Source: Hyphomicrobiales bacterium (GTDB lineage Bacteria > Pseudomonadota > Alphaproteobacteria > Rhizobiales > Beijerinckiaceae). Taken from it: a stretch of DNA of 64,000 nt. Position numbers and translations under genes: made by a program. The stretch lies in contig JADJVD010000006.1 of NCBI GenBank assembly GCA_016716745.1, forward strand, positions 53,840 to 117,839. Reading direction: 5' to 3'. The stretch's first letter is position 1. Each line of letters opens with the position of its first letter. Under the pieces are notes generated by a model. That model was not told the DNA's origin. It ran no database searches and saw nothing but the letters and a program-made list of their open reading frames with translations. Of this stretch, positions 39,410 through 49,264 are shown piece after piece.

Positions 39410-39913
39410 ATGGCCGAGAGTCTGTTCAATCGCGTGCGGCGACTTGTCGCCGCCAACACAGCCGAGCTGCTGGAGCGCTCGGCCGGCGAGGCGCCGATCG
39501 CCGCCGCCCTGCGCGCCGTCGAGGCGGCGCGCGCCGAAGCCCTCGCCGAGCGCGAAACGGCCGCCAATCAGTTACGTCAGGCCCAACGCCAGCGCCGCCT
39601 CGTCGCCGAGCATCTCGGTCAGCTCGCCGAGAAGGCCGAGATCGCCGTGCGTCAGGGGCGGGACGATCTGGCCGCCGTCGCCCTGTCGCGCCAGATCGAC
39701 CTCGAGGCGCAAATCCCGCTGCTCGACGCGGCCGCCGCCGAGGCGCAGGCCGAGTCCGCCAAGCTCGAAGTCTGCATCGAGGCGCTGTCGGCGCGCGTCG
39801 ACGCGCTCGTCGCCCATCTGCCGAGCGCCCGCGCCTTCGAGGCGCGCGAGAGCCGCGACGCGGCGATCCTGCGCCGCCTCGCCGAACTGAAGGCGTTCCG
39901 CCGCGCCGGCTGA
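39410..39913 (+). CDS. PspA/IM30-family coiled-coil protein (short)
   Basis: MAESLFNRVRRLVAANTAELLERS... is collinear with the PspA N-terminus (FSRFADIVNANINALLEK) and is followed by coiled-coil sequence. GGGAG lies 7 nt upstream. Confidence 0.6.
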   Translation: MAESLFNRVRRLVAANTAELLERSAGEAPIAAALRAVEAARAEALAERETAANQLRQAQRQRRLVAEHLGQLAEKAEIAVRQGRDDLAAVALSRQIDLEAQIPLLDAAAAEAQAESAKLEVCIEALSARVDALVAHLPSARAFEARESRDAAILRRLAELKAFRRAG

Positions 39914-39930
39914 GCGCCGCGGCGATGACC

Positions 39931-41028
39931 TCACTCGACGACGATGCGCGGCGCGGCCCGCCGCGCCCCCTCGGTCAGGCCGGTCCAGACCGTGCGGGCG
40001 ATCTGCTTGTAGATCTTCGCCTGGTCGCTGTCGGGCTGCGTCGCCACGATCGGCAGGCCGGCGTCCGACGTTTCGCGGATCGCCATCGTCAGCGGCACCT
40101 CGCCGAGGAAGGGCGCGCCGAGCTTCTCGGCCTCATGCCGCGCCCCGCCATGCGAGAAGATGTCGGAGCGTCCGCCGCAATGCGGGCAGACGAAATAGCT
40201 CATGTTCTCGACGATGCCGAGGATCGGAACGTCGGTCTTCTGGAACATCGCGACGCCGCGCCGCGCGTCGATCAGCGACAGGTCCTGCGGCGTCGAGACG
40301 ATGACGGCGCCCGACAGCGGCACGGTCTGCGCCAGCGTGAGCTGCGCGTCGCCGGTGCCGGGCGGCATGTCGACGATCATCGCGTCGAGCTCGCCCCAGG
40401 CGACCTCCTTCAGCATCTGCGTCAGCGCCGACATCACCATCGGCCCGCGCCAGATCATCGGCGTGTCCTCCTCGACGAGGAATCCGATCGACATGATCTT
40501 CAGCCCGTGCGCCTCGAGCGGAATCATCTGCCGGCCATAGGCGACCTGCGGCTTGCCGCGCAGCGCGAACAGGCGCGGCATGGACGGCCCGTAGATGTCG
40601 GCGTCGAGCACGCCGACCTTGAGGCCGAGGCTGGCGAGCGCGAGCGCGAGGTTCACGGCCGTCGTCGACTTGCCGACGCCGCCCTTGCCGGAGGCGACCG
40701 CGATGATGTGGCGCACGTCGGGCAGGGGGCTGCCGGCCTTGGCGACGGGCTGGCGCTGCGGCGCGCCGGGGCCGGAAGCGACCGGCCGGTCGGCCGTCAG
40801 CGTCACCAGCGCGCTGGCGACGCCGGGCAGGGCGCGCAGCACGTCTTCGGCCTGCCGGCGCACGGCCTCGGCCGCCTGCGCCTGCGCGGGCTCGACGACG
40901 ATCGCGGCGTAGACTTTGTCGTCTTTGGTGGTCACGCCGGCGAGCGCGGGCGAATTGGGCAACGGCGTGACGCCGTCCGGCGCCTTCACCTGCGCCAGAG
41001 CCTTCATGATCTCGTCGCGGCTGACCAA
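39931..41028 (-). CDS. apbC: Mrp/NBP35-family iron-sulfur cluster carrier ATPase
   Basis: AVASGKGGVGKSTTAVNLA P-loop and CPHCG motif. The start was placed at TTG 41028 (GGAGGAG 6 nt upstream). The ORF track extends to 41088. Confidence 0.9.
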   Translation of the reverse strand: MVSRDEIMKALAQVKAPDGVTPLPNSPALAGVTTKDDKVYAAIVVEPAQAQAAEAVRRQAEDVLRALPGVASALVTLTADRPVASGPGAPQRQPVAKAGSPLPDVRHIIAVASGKGGVGKSTTAVNLALALASLGLKVGVLDADIYGPSMPRLFALRGKPQVAYGRQMIPLEAHGLKIMSIGFLVEEDTPMIWRGPMVMSALTQMLKEVAWGELDAMIVDMPPGTGDAQLTLAQTVPLSGAVIVSTPQDLSLIDARRGVAMFQKTDVPILGIVENMSYFVCPHCGGRSDIFSHGGARHEAEKLGAPFLGEVPLTMAIRETSDAGLPIVATQPDSDQAKIYKQIARTVWTGLTEGARRAAPRIVVE

Positions 41029-41138
41029 GGTCGTCTCCTCCACCCTGCAAGGGAAACCGCCGATATAGGGCGCGGCCGGGCGGGTCAATTGCGCGCAGCC
41101 GCCTTGCCTGTGCGGCCGAAGGAAGCGTAGGACTGGCC

Positions 41139-41918
41139 ATGCCCCGCTCGGCGCCCGCCTTCGCCTTGATATTGCTGACGCTCGCCGCGTTCTGCGGCCC
41201 GGCGCGCGCGCAGGATCAGCGCGCCGTCCGCATCGCCGCCGAAGGCGCCCGCCCGCCCTACAACACGCTCGACGCCAAGGGCGAGCTCGCCGGCTTCGAG
41301 ATCGACCTCGGCAGGGCGCTGTGCGCGGCGGCGAAGCTCTCCTGCTCGTTCGTTTCGCAGGAATGGGACCAGATGCTCCCCGGCCTGGAGGCCAAGAGCT
41401 ACGACGCCGTCATGTCCGCGATGGAGCCGACCGACGAGCGCCGCGCGCACGCCATCTTCGGCGCCCCCTATGTGCGCATGCCGCTGGCCTTTCTGGCCGC
41501 GCGCGGCCGCAAGCCCTGGGCGGTCGATCCGGCCGCCCTCGCCGGCAAGGCGATCGGCGTCGAGGACGGATCGCCCGCGATGAACTGGCTGCAGGACCGC
41601 TACAAGCAGGCCGAAATCCGCCCCTACGCCTCGCTCGAGGAGGCGATTCTCGATCTGGCGGAAGGCCGGGTCGAACTCGTGCTCGGCTCCAAGGACGCGC
41701 TGACCGAGTTTCTCGACAAGCGCCGCGAGGCGCAATGCTGCCGCCTCGTCGCCGACGCCCCGCGCGACCCCGACTACCTCGGCGAGGGCTACGCCATGGC
41801 CTTCCGCAAGGGCGACGAGGAGCTCCGCGCGACATTCGACGCCGCCCTGAAACAGGCGCTGGCGGACGGGACCTACGACACGATCCGCAAGAAGTATTTC
41901 GCCTATCCGATCTACTGA
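41139..41918 (+). CDS. periplasmic substrate-binding protein, family 3 (orphan)
   Basis: 259 aa with signal peptide MPRSAPAFALILLTLAAFCGPARAQ and a polar-amino-acid binding-protein pattern. No permease or ATPase gene is adjacent. Confidence 0.8.
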   Translation: MPRSAPAFALILLTLAAFCGPARAQDQRAVRIAAEGARPPYNTLDAKGELAGFEIDLGRALCAAAKLSCSFVSQEWDQMLPGLEAKSYDAVMSAMEPTDERRAHAIFGAPYVRMPLAFLAARGRKPWAVDPAALAGKAIGVEDGSPAMNWLQDRYKQAEIRPYASLEEAILDLAEGRVELVLGSKDALTEFLDKRREAQCCRLVADAPRDPDYLGEGYAMAFRKGDEELRATFDAALKQALADGTYDTIRKKYFAYPIY

Positions 41919-41934
41919 CCCGGCCGGGCGTGAC

Positions 41935-42083
41935 GCGCCCTGTCATTCCGGGCGGTGGCGCGGCCGCCGGGAACTCATGTCATCCCCGGCGGCGGCGCAG
42001 CCGCCGGGAAGGGGATCCAGCCCTGCCGTCGCGCCGCATGGATTCCCTTCCCCTCGCTCCGCTCGGCCGGGAATGACAGGCGC
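41935..42083. repeat. REP/MITE-like nested palindromic intergenic element
   Basis: The outer inverted repeat is GCGCCCTGTCATTCCGGGC (41935-41953) and GCCGGGAATGACAGGCGC (42066-42083). An inner imperfect inverted repeat is GGGAAGGGGATCCA/TGGATTCCCTTCCCC. A perfect 9-bp hairpin CCCGGCGGC-N6-GCCGCCGGG lies at 41985-42008. Confidence 0.6.
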
Positions 42084-42167
42084 CCGCGCCTTCCGCCTTG
42101 AACGGCGTCGCCCGATGTGGGAATCGGCGGGCGGGGCGCGCGTCGCGCCCGGCGGAGGGCGGGGCCG

Positions 42168-43034
42168 ATGGCCAAAGTCGCATTTCTCGGATTGGGCGTG
42201 ATGGGCTTCCCGATGGCGGGGCACCTCGCCGCCAAAGGCCACGACGTCACCGTCTACAACCGCTCCGCCGCCAAGACGAAGGCGTGGACGGACAAGCACA
42301 AGGGCAAGTCGGCTCCGACCCCGCGCGAGGCGGCGACGGGCGCCGAGATCGTGTTCTGCTGCGTCGGCAACGACGACGATCTGCGCTCGGTCGTGCTCGG
42401 GCCGGACGGCGCCTTCGCCGGCATGGCGAAGGGCGCGATCCTGGTCGACAACACGACCGCCTCGGCCGACGTCGCCCGCGAACTGGCGGCGGCGGGCGAG
42501 AAGATCGGCGTCGCCTTCATCGACGCGCCGGTCTCCGGCGGGCAGGCCGGCGCCGAGAACGGCGCCCTCACCGTGATGTGCGGCGGCGACGCGGCCGCCT
42601 ACGCCAGGGCCGAGCCCGCGATCATGAGTTTCGCCCGCGCCTGCCGGCTGATGGGCGGCTCGGGGGCGGGGCAGCTCACCAAGATGGTCAACCAGCTCTG
42701 CATCGCCGGTCTGGTGCAGGGCCTGTCCGAAGGGCTGCACTTCGCCATGAAGGCGGGGCTCGATCCGCTGGCCGTCGTCGAGGTGATCTCCAAGGGCGCC
42801 GCGCAGAGCTGGCAGATGGAGAACCGCTACAAGACGATGGCCGCCGGCAAGTTCGACTTCGGCTTCGCCGTCGACTGGATGCGCAAGGACCTCGCCATCT
42901 GCCTCGGCGAGGCGCGCCGCAACGGCGCGAATCTGCCCGTCGCCGCGCTGGTCGACCAGTTCTACTCCGAGGTGCAGAAGATGGGCGGGTCCCGCTGGGA
43001 CACCTCGAGCCTGATCGCGCGCTTGCAGCGGTGA
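42168..43034 (+). CDS. NAD(P)-dependent 3-hydroxyisobutyrate dehydrogenase-like oxidoreductase
   Basis: MAKVAFLGLGVMGFPMAGHL dinucleotide fold plus the DAPVSGG motif. It is the internal ATG of ORF 42117..43034. Confidence 0.85.
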   Translation: MAKVAFLGLGVMGFPMAGHLAAKGHDVTVYNRSAAKTKAWTDKHKGKSAPTPREAATGAEIVFCCVGNDDDLRSVVLGPDGAFAGMAKGAILVDNTTASADVARELAAAGEKIGVAFIDAPVSGGQAGAENGALTVMCGGDAAAYARAEPAIMSFARACRLMGGSGAGQLTKMVNQLCIAGLVQGLSEGLHFAMKAGLDPLAVVEVISKGAAQSWQMENRYKTMAAGKFDFGFAVDWMRKDLAICLGEARRNGANLPVAALVDQFYSEVQKMGGSRWDTSSLIARLQR

Positions 43035-43097
43035 GTTCATCCCGCGCGTGAGGCGCGGGCGGCCCGCGCCCTGATTCTCTACATGAACATGAAGAAA

Positions 43098-43129
43098 GCC
43101 GGCGAAGGGATTCGCCGGCTTTCGTTTTT
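43098..43129. terminator. bidirectional terminator hairpin between convergent genes
   Basis: GCCGGCGAA-GGGA-TTCGCCGGC followed by TTTCGTTTTTA on the + strand. It is preceded by GAAGAAA, which is a T-rich tail on the - strand. Confidence 0.7.
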
Positions 43130-43235
43130 AACGCTAGGCGCGACCGCTCAGCGGCACGGCGGCAGGCCCGGCCGTCCGCACGGCCGCGGCTGCTGCGGCG
43201 GCGGCGCGGGACGCGGCGGCTGCGCCACCGGCCGC

Positions 43236-43370
43236 GGCGCCTGCATCGCCGGCGCGGGGCGCGGCGCCTGCATCACAGGCGCCGGACGCGGCGGTTGCAT
43301 CACCGGCGCGGGGCGAGGCGGCTGCATCACCGGCGCGGGACGCGGCGGCTGGACCACCGGCCGCGGCTGC
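43236..43370 (-). repeat. about five tandem 27-bp coding repeats (PRPAPVMQP units)
   Basis: GGCGCCTGCATCGCCGGCGCGGGGCGC and close variants, read directly. Boundaries are approximate. Confidence 0.8.
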
Positions 43371-43496
43371 TGGATGACCGGCCTCGGCTGCTGGACGACA
43401 GGGCGAGGTTGCTGAACCACCGGCCTCGGCTGTTGGATCACTGGGCGCGGTTGCTGGACGACGGGACGCGGCTGCTGGATGACCGGCCTCGGCTGC
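43371..43496 (-). repeat. six tandem 21-bp coding repeats (PRPV[I/V]QQ units)
   Basis: TGGATGACCGGCCTCGGCTGC at 43371 and again, identical, at 43476, with four diverged copies between them. Confidence 0.85.
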
Positions 43497-43599
43497 TGCT
43501 GGATCACCGGCGCAGGTTTCGGCTGCATCACGGGCGCAGGCTTCGGCTGGATGACCGGCGCGACCGGGGCAGGCTGTGTCGTCACGGGCGGCGTCGGCC

Positions 43600-44800
<1,201 letters not shown>

Positions 44801-46282
44801 GCTGGCCGAAGAACCCGACCGGCGGCGGCGGCCGCACGCCGTCCGGCACGCGGCTGCGGCCCGGCAGCGGGATCGGCAGCGGGATCGGCAGCATGCCGCC
44901 GAAACCGCCCTGAGGCGGCGGCGGGGGCGGCGGCGGATACCAGTCCGGCTCGCGCGGCGGCAGGAAGCCGAAGCGCGGGGGCGGCGGCAGTTCGTCCTCG
45001 AACACCACGGCCGGCCGGTCGTCGAAATAGACCATCTCGTCCGGCGGCGGCGGCGGCACGTCGTAGGGAATCGCATCGAATGTCGGCGGCGGCGCGATCT
45101 GCGCCTGCAGCCGCGTCAGGCGGCGGCGCGCGTCGCCGGCGTGCGGTCCGCGCGGATAGCGCCGCAGATACGACCAGTAGGCCTCGGGCGAATTGGCCGA
45201 AACCGTTCGCCGCCACGTCACCGCCTCGCGCCGCGCCGCCAGCATGGCGCGGGCGCGCCTGGCCAGCGGATCCTGCGGATAGAGGGTGACGAACTCCTGA
45301 TAGGCGTCGATCGTGTCGCGCTCGACCGCGACCGCGAAGGCCTCGCTCGCCCCGCCATAGTCGCGCATCGGCTTGCTTTGCGAGACCGGCGGGGGCGGCG
45401 GCGGCGCGTCGGGCGCGCGCTCGAGCAGCGTGAAGCCGTCGACGATCGCCGAGGCGTGCCACGGCGTCTGCGCGCCCTTCGTCGCCTCGATGGTGCGCAG
45501 CCGCGCGCGCTGGAAGATGCCGTCGGCCGTCAGTCCGCCCTCGCGCAGCGCCTCGGCCAGCGCCAGCGCATAGGCGCCGTAGGGGCCCGCCTCGTTCGGC
45601 GGCTGCGTGCCCGGCGCGGCGTTGAAGGCGATCAGCGAGCCTTTGTCGGGCTCGAGATAGGCGAGGCCGCCGGCGATCGGCGAACCCGGCCGCACGAACG
45701 GATTATTGCGCGCCGCGTCGAGCACGAGGAAGCGCGCCTTGGCCGGGCTCGCGCCCATCTGGCGCGCGAAATCGCCGACGCGGAGCCCCTCGCTCGGAAT
45801 GTCGGCTTCGGTCTGAACGCGCGCGTCGACCGGCAGCAGGAAGTTGTCGCCGTCGATCTGCACGCCCCGGCCGGCGAAATAGACGAAGGTCACCGTGTCG
45901 GCGCCCGCCTCCTGCGCGGCTCCGGTGAAGTCGCGCAGCGCCTGACGCAGCGTCATCTGGTCGGCGTCGCGCACGCCCGTCACCTCGAAGCCGGCGCCGC
46001 GCAGCGCCTCGGCGATCAGCCCCGCGTCGTTGACGGAGGTGGCGAGGGCGGCGTTCGGATACTCGCCCTGTCCGATGACCAGCGCCAGACGACGCTCGGC
46101 CAGCGCGTCGGTCGCCGATGTGGCGACGACGACGAAAAGAATGGCCGCCCGCCAGCGCTCCCAGCGCGTCCGCGAGATGGACTTCGACGTTCTTTTCATT
46201 GCGGCCTCCATGCCCGGTCGCAGACTTCATGTCTCCGGTCGCAGGCTCCAATCTCGTCAGTGAACCTGCGCTGAACGGCAAG

Positions 46283-46939
46283 TCATTGTCGCGCGTCAAG
46301 AATTGCGCGGACGTCGTGACGCACGAGCGGAACCAGATCGCGCCCGAACCATGTCTCGCGCGCAATCCAGGCGTTATTGCGCCAGGAGGGATGCGGCAGA
46401 ATGATCATGCGCGGCGTCGCGGCGTCATAGATCTCGCGCCAGCGCGTCAGGCGCGCGCCCAGCGTTTCGCCGCGCGGCGTCAGGCCGAGGCGGGCGAGAT
46501 GCCAGTCCTGCGCGTAGCGGCCGATGAGCAGGATCAGCCGGATGTCGGGCAGCGCGGCGAGCGCGCTCTCGCGCCAGGCCGGCGCGCATTCGCGCCGCGG
46601 CGGCAGGTCGCCGCCCTTGGCGTCCTGTCCCGGAAAGCACAACCCCATCGGCAGGAAGGCGATGCGCGTCGCGTCGTAGAAGGTCGGGCGGTCGAGCCCC
46701 ATCCAGTCGCGCAGCCGGTCGCCCGAGGGATCGTCGAAGGGCAGGCCGCTGGCGTGCACGCGCGCGCCCGGCGCCTGGCCGGCGACGAGGATGCGCGCCG
46801 TGGGCGAGGCGTGGAACACTGGCCGCGGCTCGTGCGGCAGGGGCGCGCCGGCCGGCGCGTCGCGGCAGATGCGGCAGGCGCGGATGCGCCGCGCCAGCCG
46901 CGCGAAGGCGGCCTCAGAACTCGACGACGAGGCCGTCAT
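46283..46939 (-). CDS. uracil-DNA glycosylase superfamily protein
   Basis: 218 aa with motifs ILVAGQAPG and ILPHPSWRNN. Confidence 0.8.
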   Translation of the reverse strand: MTASSSSSEAAFARLARRIRACRICRDAPAGAPLPHEPRPVFHASPTARILVAGQAPGARVHASGLPFDDPSGDRLRDWMGLDRPTFYDATRIAFLPMGLCFPGQDAKGGDLPPRRECAPAWRESALAALPDIRLILLIGRYAQDWHLARLGLTPRGETLGARLTRWREIYDAATPRMIILPHPSWRNNAWIARETWFGRDLVPLVRHDVRAILDARQ

Positions 46940-47657
46940 GCGCCGGAATGCAGCCTGCGGCCCGCATGTCGCGCTCGCGGGCCATCGCCGACTCGCTCAT
47001 ATGCGTGACGACCAGCTTGCGCGCCTCCAGACTCGGCAGCCGGTCGAGCAGGGTCGGCCAGTCGATATGCGCATGGGCGGGCGCGTAGCCGGAATAGCAT
47101 TCGACCACGAACAGATCGGCCCCGCGCGCCGCCTCGACCAGATTGGGCGTCCACGACGTGTCGCCGGAATAGCCGAAGATCCTGTTGTCGCCCTCCACCC
47201 GCACGGCGGTCGCCGGCGCGCCGGAGGGATGCACGACCTCGAACGTGTCGACGCGGAAATTCGCCACGAAGGCGGGCTCGCCGGGGCGGATGTCGACCGC
47301 CTGCCAGCTGAACGTCCAGTGCAGCGCGCTGGAGCCGGGAAACATCGCCTCGAGCGCCATGTCGAGGCGCGCCCGCAGGCCGGGGGGGCCGAAAATCAAC
47401 AGCGGCCGGCGCCGGCGCGCCACGAACTGGCATTCGAGCAGCAGGAAGGGCAGGCCGCCGAAATGATCGCCGTGCAGATGCGTGATCAGGATCGCGTCGA
47501 CGTCGTCGGTCGAAAAGCCGAGCCGCTTCCACGAGGTCAGCGCCGACGCGCCGAAATCGACCACGATGGTCGAGCCTTCGGAGTCGAGGCGCATGCAGGT
47601 GTGCGCCCGCCCGCCCGATCCGAACGCATCCCCGCTGCCGACGACGGTGAGTTTCAT
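46914..47657 (-). CDS. MBL-fold metallo-hydrolase
   Basis: 247 aa with the ILITHLHGDHFGGLPF (HxHxDH) motif. Confidence 0.85.
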   Translation of the reverse strand: MKLTVVGSGDAFGSGGRAHTCMRLDSEGSTIVVDFGASALTSWKRLGFSTDDVDAILITHLHGDHFGGLPFLLLECQFVARRRRPLLIFGPPGLRARLDMALEAMFPGSSALHWTFSWQAVDIRPGEPAFVANFRVDTFEVVHPSGAPATAVRVEGDNRIFGYSGDTSWTPNLVEAARGADLFVVECYSGYAPAHAHIDWPTLLDRLPSLEARKLVVTHMSESAMARERDMRAAGCIPAHDGLVVEF

Positions 47658-47671
47658 GGCGCGCCGTCCGA

Positions 47672-48283
47672 TTACGCCGAGGCGCTCGGACGGGCGGCGA
47701 CCTCGTCCCGCCAGCGACGGACATGCGCGAGGTCGTCAGGCAGGGCGATGCGCGCGAATTTCATGAAATCGACCGAGATGTAGCCGGTGATGTCGGCGAC
47801 GCTGAAATCGTCGCCGGCGACGAACCGCCGGTGAGCCAGTTCGGCGTCGAGGAACTGGAGAAACGCGAGCGCCCGCGGACGGTTCACTTCGGCGAGTTGG
47901 GGAATTTGCGGAGTCTCCATCTCGCGCATCGCCGGGTGGGTGTGGCGAAAGGCGAGCTGGATCGGCGTCATCAGCCCGAACTCGACGCGGCGCTGCCACA
48001 TCTCGATCAGGGTGCGCGACATCGGGTCGCGGCCGAACAGCGGCGGCTGCGGATGCGTCTCCTCGAAATAGCGGCAGATCGCGATCGATTCGGAGATCGC
48101 CGTTCCATCGTCGAGCACAAGCACCGGAATCCGCTGCAGCGGATTGAGCGCCGTGAATCCCTCGTCCTTCTGTTCCATCTTCGCCAGATCGACGGCGACC
48201 GTGGGAACGCTGACGCCCTTTTCGGCGAGGAACATGCGCACGCGGCGCGCATTCGGCGCCACTCTGGAATCGTAGAGCTTCAT
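47672..48283 (-). CDS. glutathione S-transferase
   Basis: 203 aa with an N-terminal thioredoxin-like GST domain (RIPVLVLDDGTAISESIAICRY). Confidence 0.85.
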   Translation of the reverse strand: MKLYDSRVAPNARRVRMFLAEKGVSVPTVAVDLAKMEQKDEGFTALNPLQRIPVLVLDDGTAISESIAICRYFEETHPQPPLFGRDPMSRTLIEMWQRRVEFGLMTPIQLAFRHTHPAMREMETPQIPQLAEVNRPRALAFLQFLDAELAHRRFVAGDDFSVADITGYISVDFMKFARIALPDDLAHVRRWRDEVAARPSASA

Positions 48284-48614
48284 CGCGAAAATCCGGTCTG
48301 CGCCGCGGCGGCCCCGACGCGCGAACCGATGCGCGCCTCAATGACTTTCAAGCCGGCCCGCCAAACGGCGGCCGTCCCGATATGTGAACATATTAACACT
48401 CCCGGCCGAACCGAAAACCTGGGGTCGATCCGGGTGCGCCGCCGCCTCATACCGTTCTCCCGCTTCGTCCGCCAGTCTCGGCTCCGGCCGAAAAAAAGCG
48501 CGGCGGAGTCGCGCCGGGCAGGGCGGTGAGGATCGAGCGCGTTCCGAGCCTCGCAACCTAGCCCGCCGTGGGCGCCGCCAGATGTGCGCGGGCGCACAGT
48601 CCACGGGCCGGGCG

Positions 48615-49124
48615 TCAATGCGGCTCGGCGGAATGGCGCGGATGGGTCCGGCGCCAGGATTGCGGCCGCTCGAAGGTCGAGGACCAGACGCCGCGCCGGC
48701 CGTCGCGGGCCTCGGTCTCCTCCCGCTCGTAGGCGCCGAAGGCGACCGCCCATCCGTTGCGGACCTGCGCGGCGTTGAGGTCGGCGCCGCCGATCGTGCA
48801 GCGCGCCAGCCATCGCCCGTACTGGTCGCGCTCGCTCGCCTGGCAGCGCAGATTGCCGCGCTGCGCCTCCCGCTCCAGCGCCGCGCGCGCCGCCTGCCCG
48901 CATCGCCACGGCCGCCCCTCGCGCTGGCAGATCTGGTCGATCTCCGGCGCGTCGACGCCCTTCAGCCGCAGCTCCTCGCCGAACATGCGGATCGAATCGC
49001 CGTCGATCACCGTGGCCGGGCCGTTGAACTGCGTCCGGTTCCACAGCGTCAGCCAGGCCGCCGCCGCGGTCAGCAGCGCGAACACGGCGAGCGTCGCGAA
49101 CAGGGGAGGAGCAGGCCGCCTCAC
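48615..49124 (-). CDS. thermonuclease (SNase-like) family protein, membrane-anchored or secreted
   Basis: 169 aa with an N-terminal hydrophobic segment, followed by VIDGDSIRMFGEELRLKGVDAPE. Confidence 0.75.
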   Translation of the reverse strand: MRRPAPPLFATLAVFALLTAAAAWLTLWNRTQFNGPATVIDGDSIRMFGEELRLKGVDAPEIDQICQREGRPWRCGQAARAALEREAQRGNLRCQASERDQYGRWLARCTIGGADLNAAQVRNGWAVAFGAYEREETEARDGRRGVWSSTFERPQSWRRTHPRHSAEPH

Positions 49125-49264
49125 GCCGGTCCCCTTGCTGGCCGCCCGGCGGCGAAATCGAAATATTTGCGCATTCGAGGCATTGCGGCAGCTTCGCGTT
49201 AACCAGTTTCCGGGAAGGTGATCCAGTCCGTCCGTATGTCCAACGGCCGGTCGGTCCTAGTACT

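Noticed and set aside
43083-43415. Plus-strand ORFs across the repeat region (e.g. 43083..43415, 43479..46274) with GRGGCITGAGRGG-type or PPMP-type repeats.
   Set aside because: They are antisense shadows of the minus-strand repeat protein. Only the minus strand has a signal peptide, an SD sequence and the caspase-fold domain.
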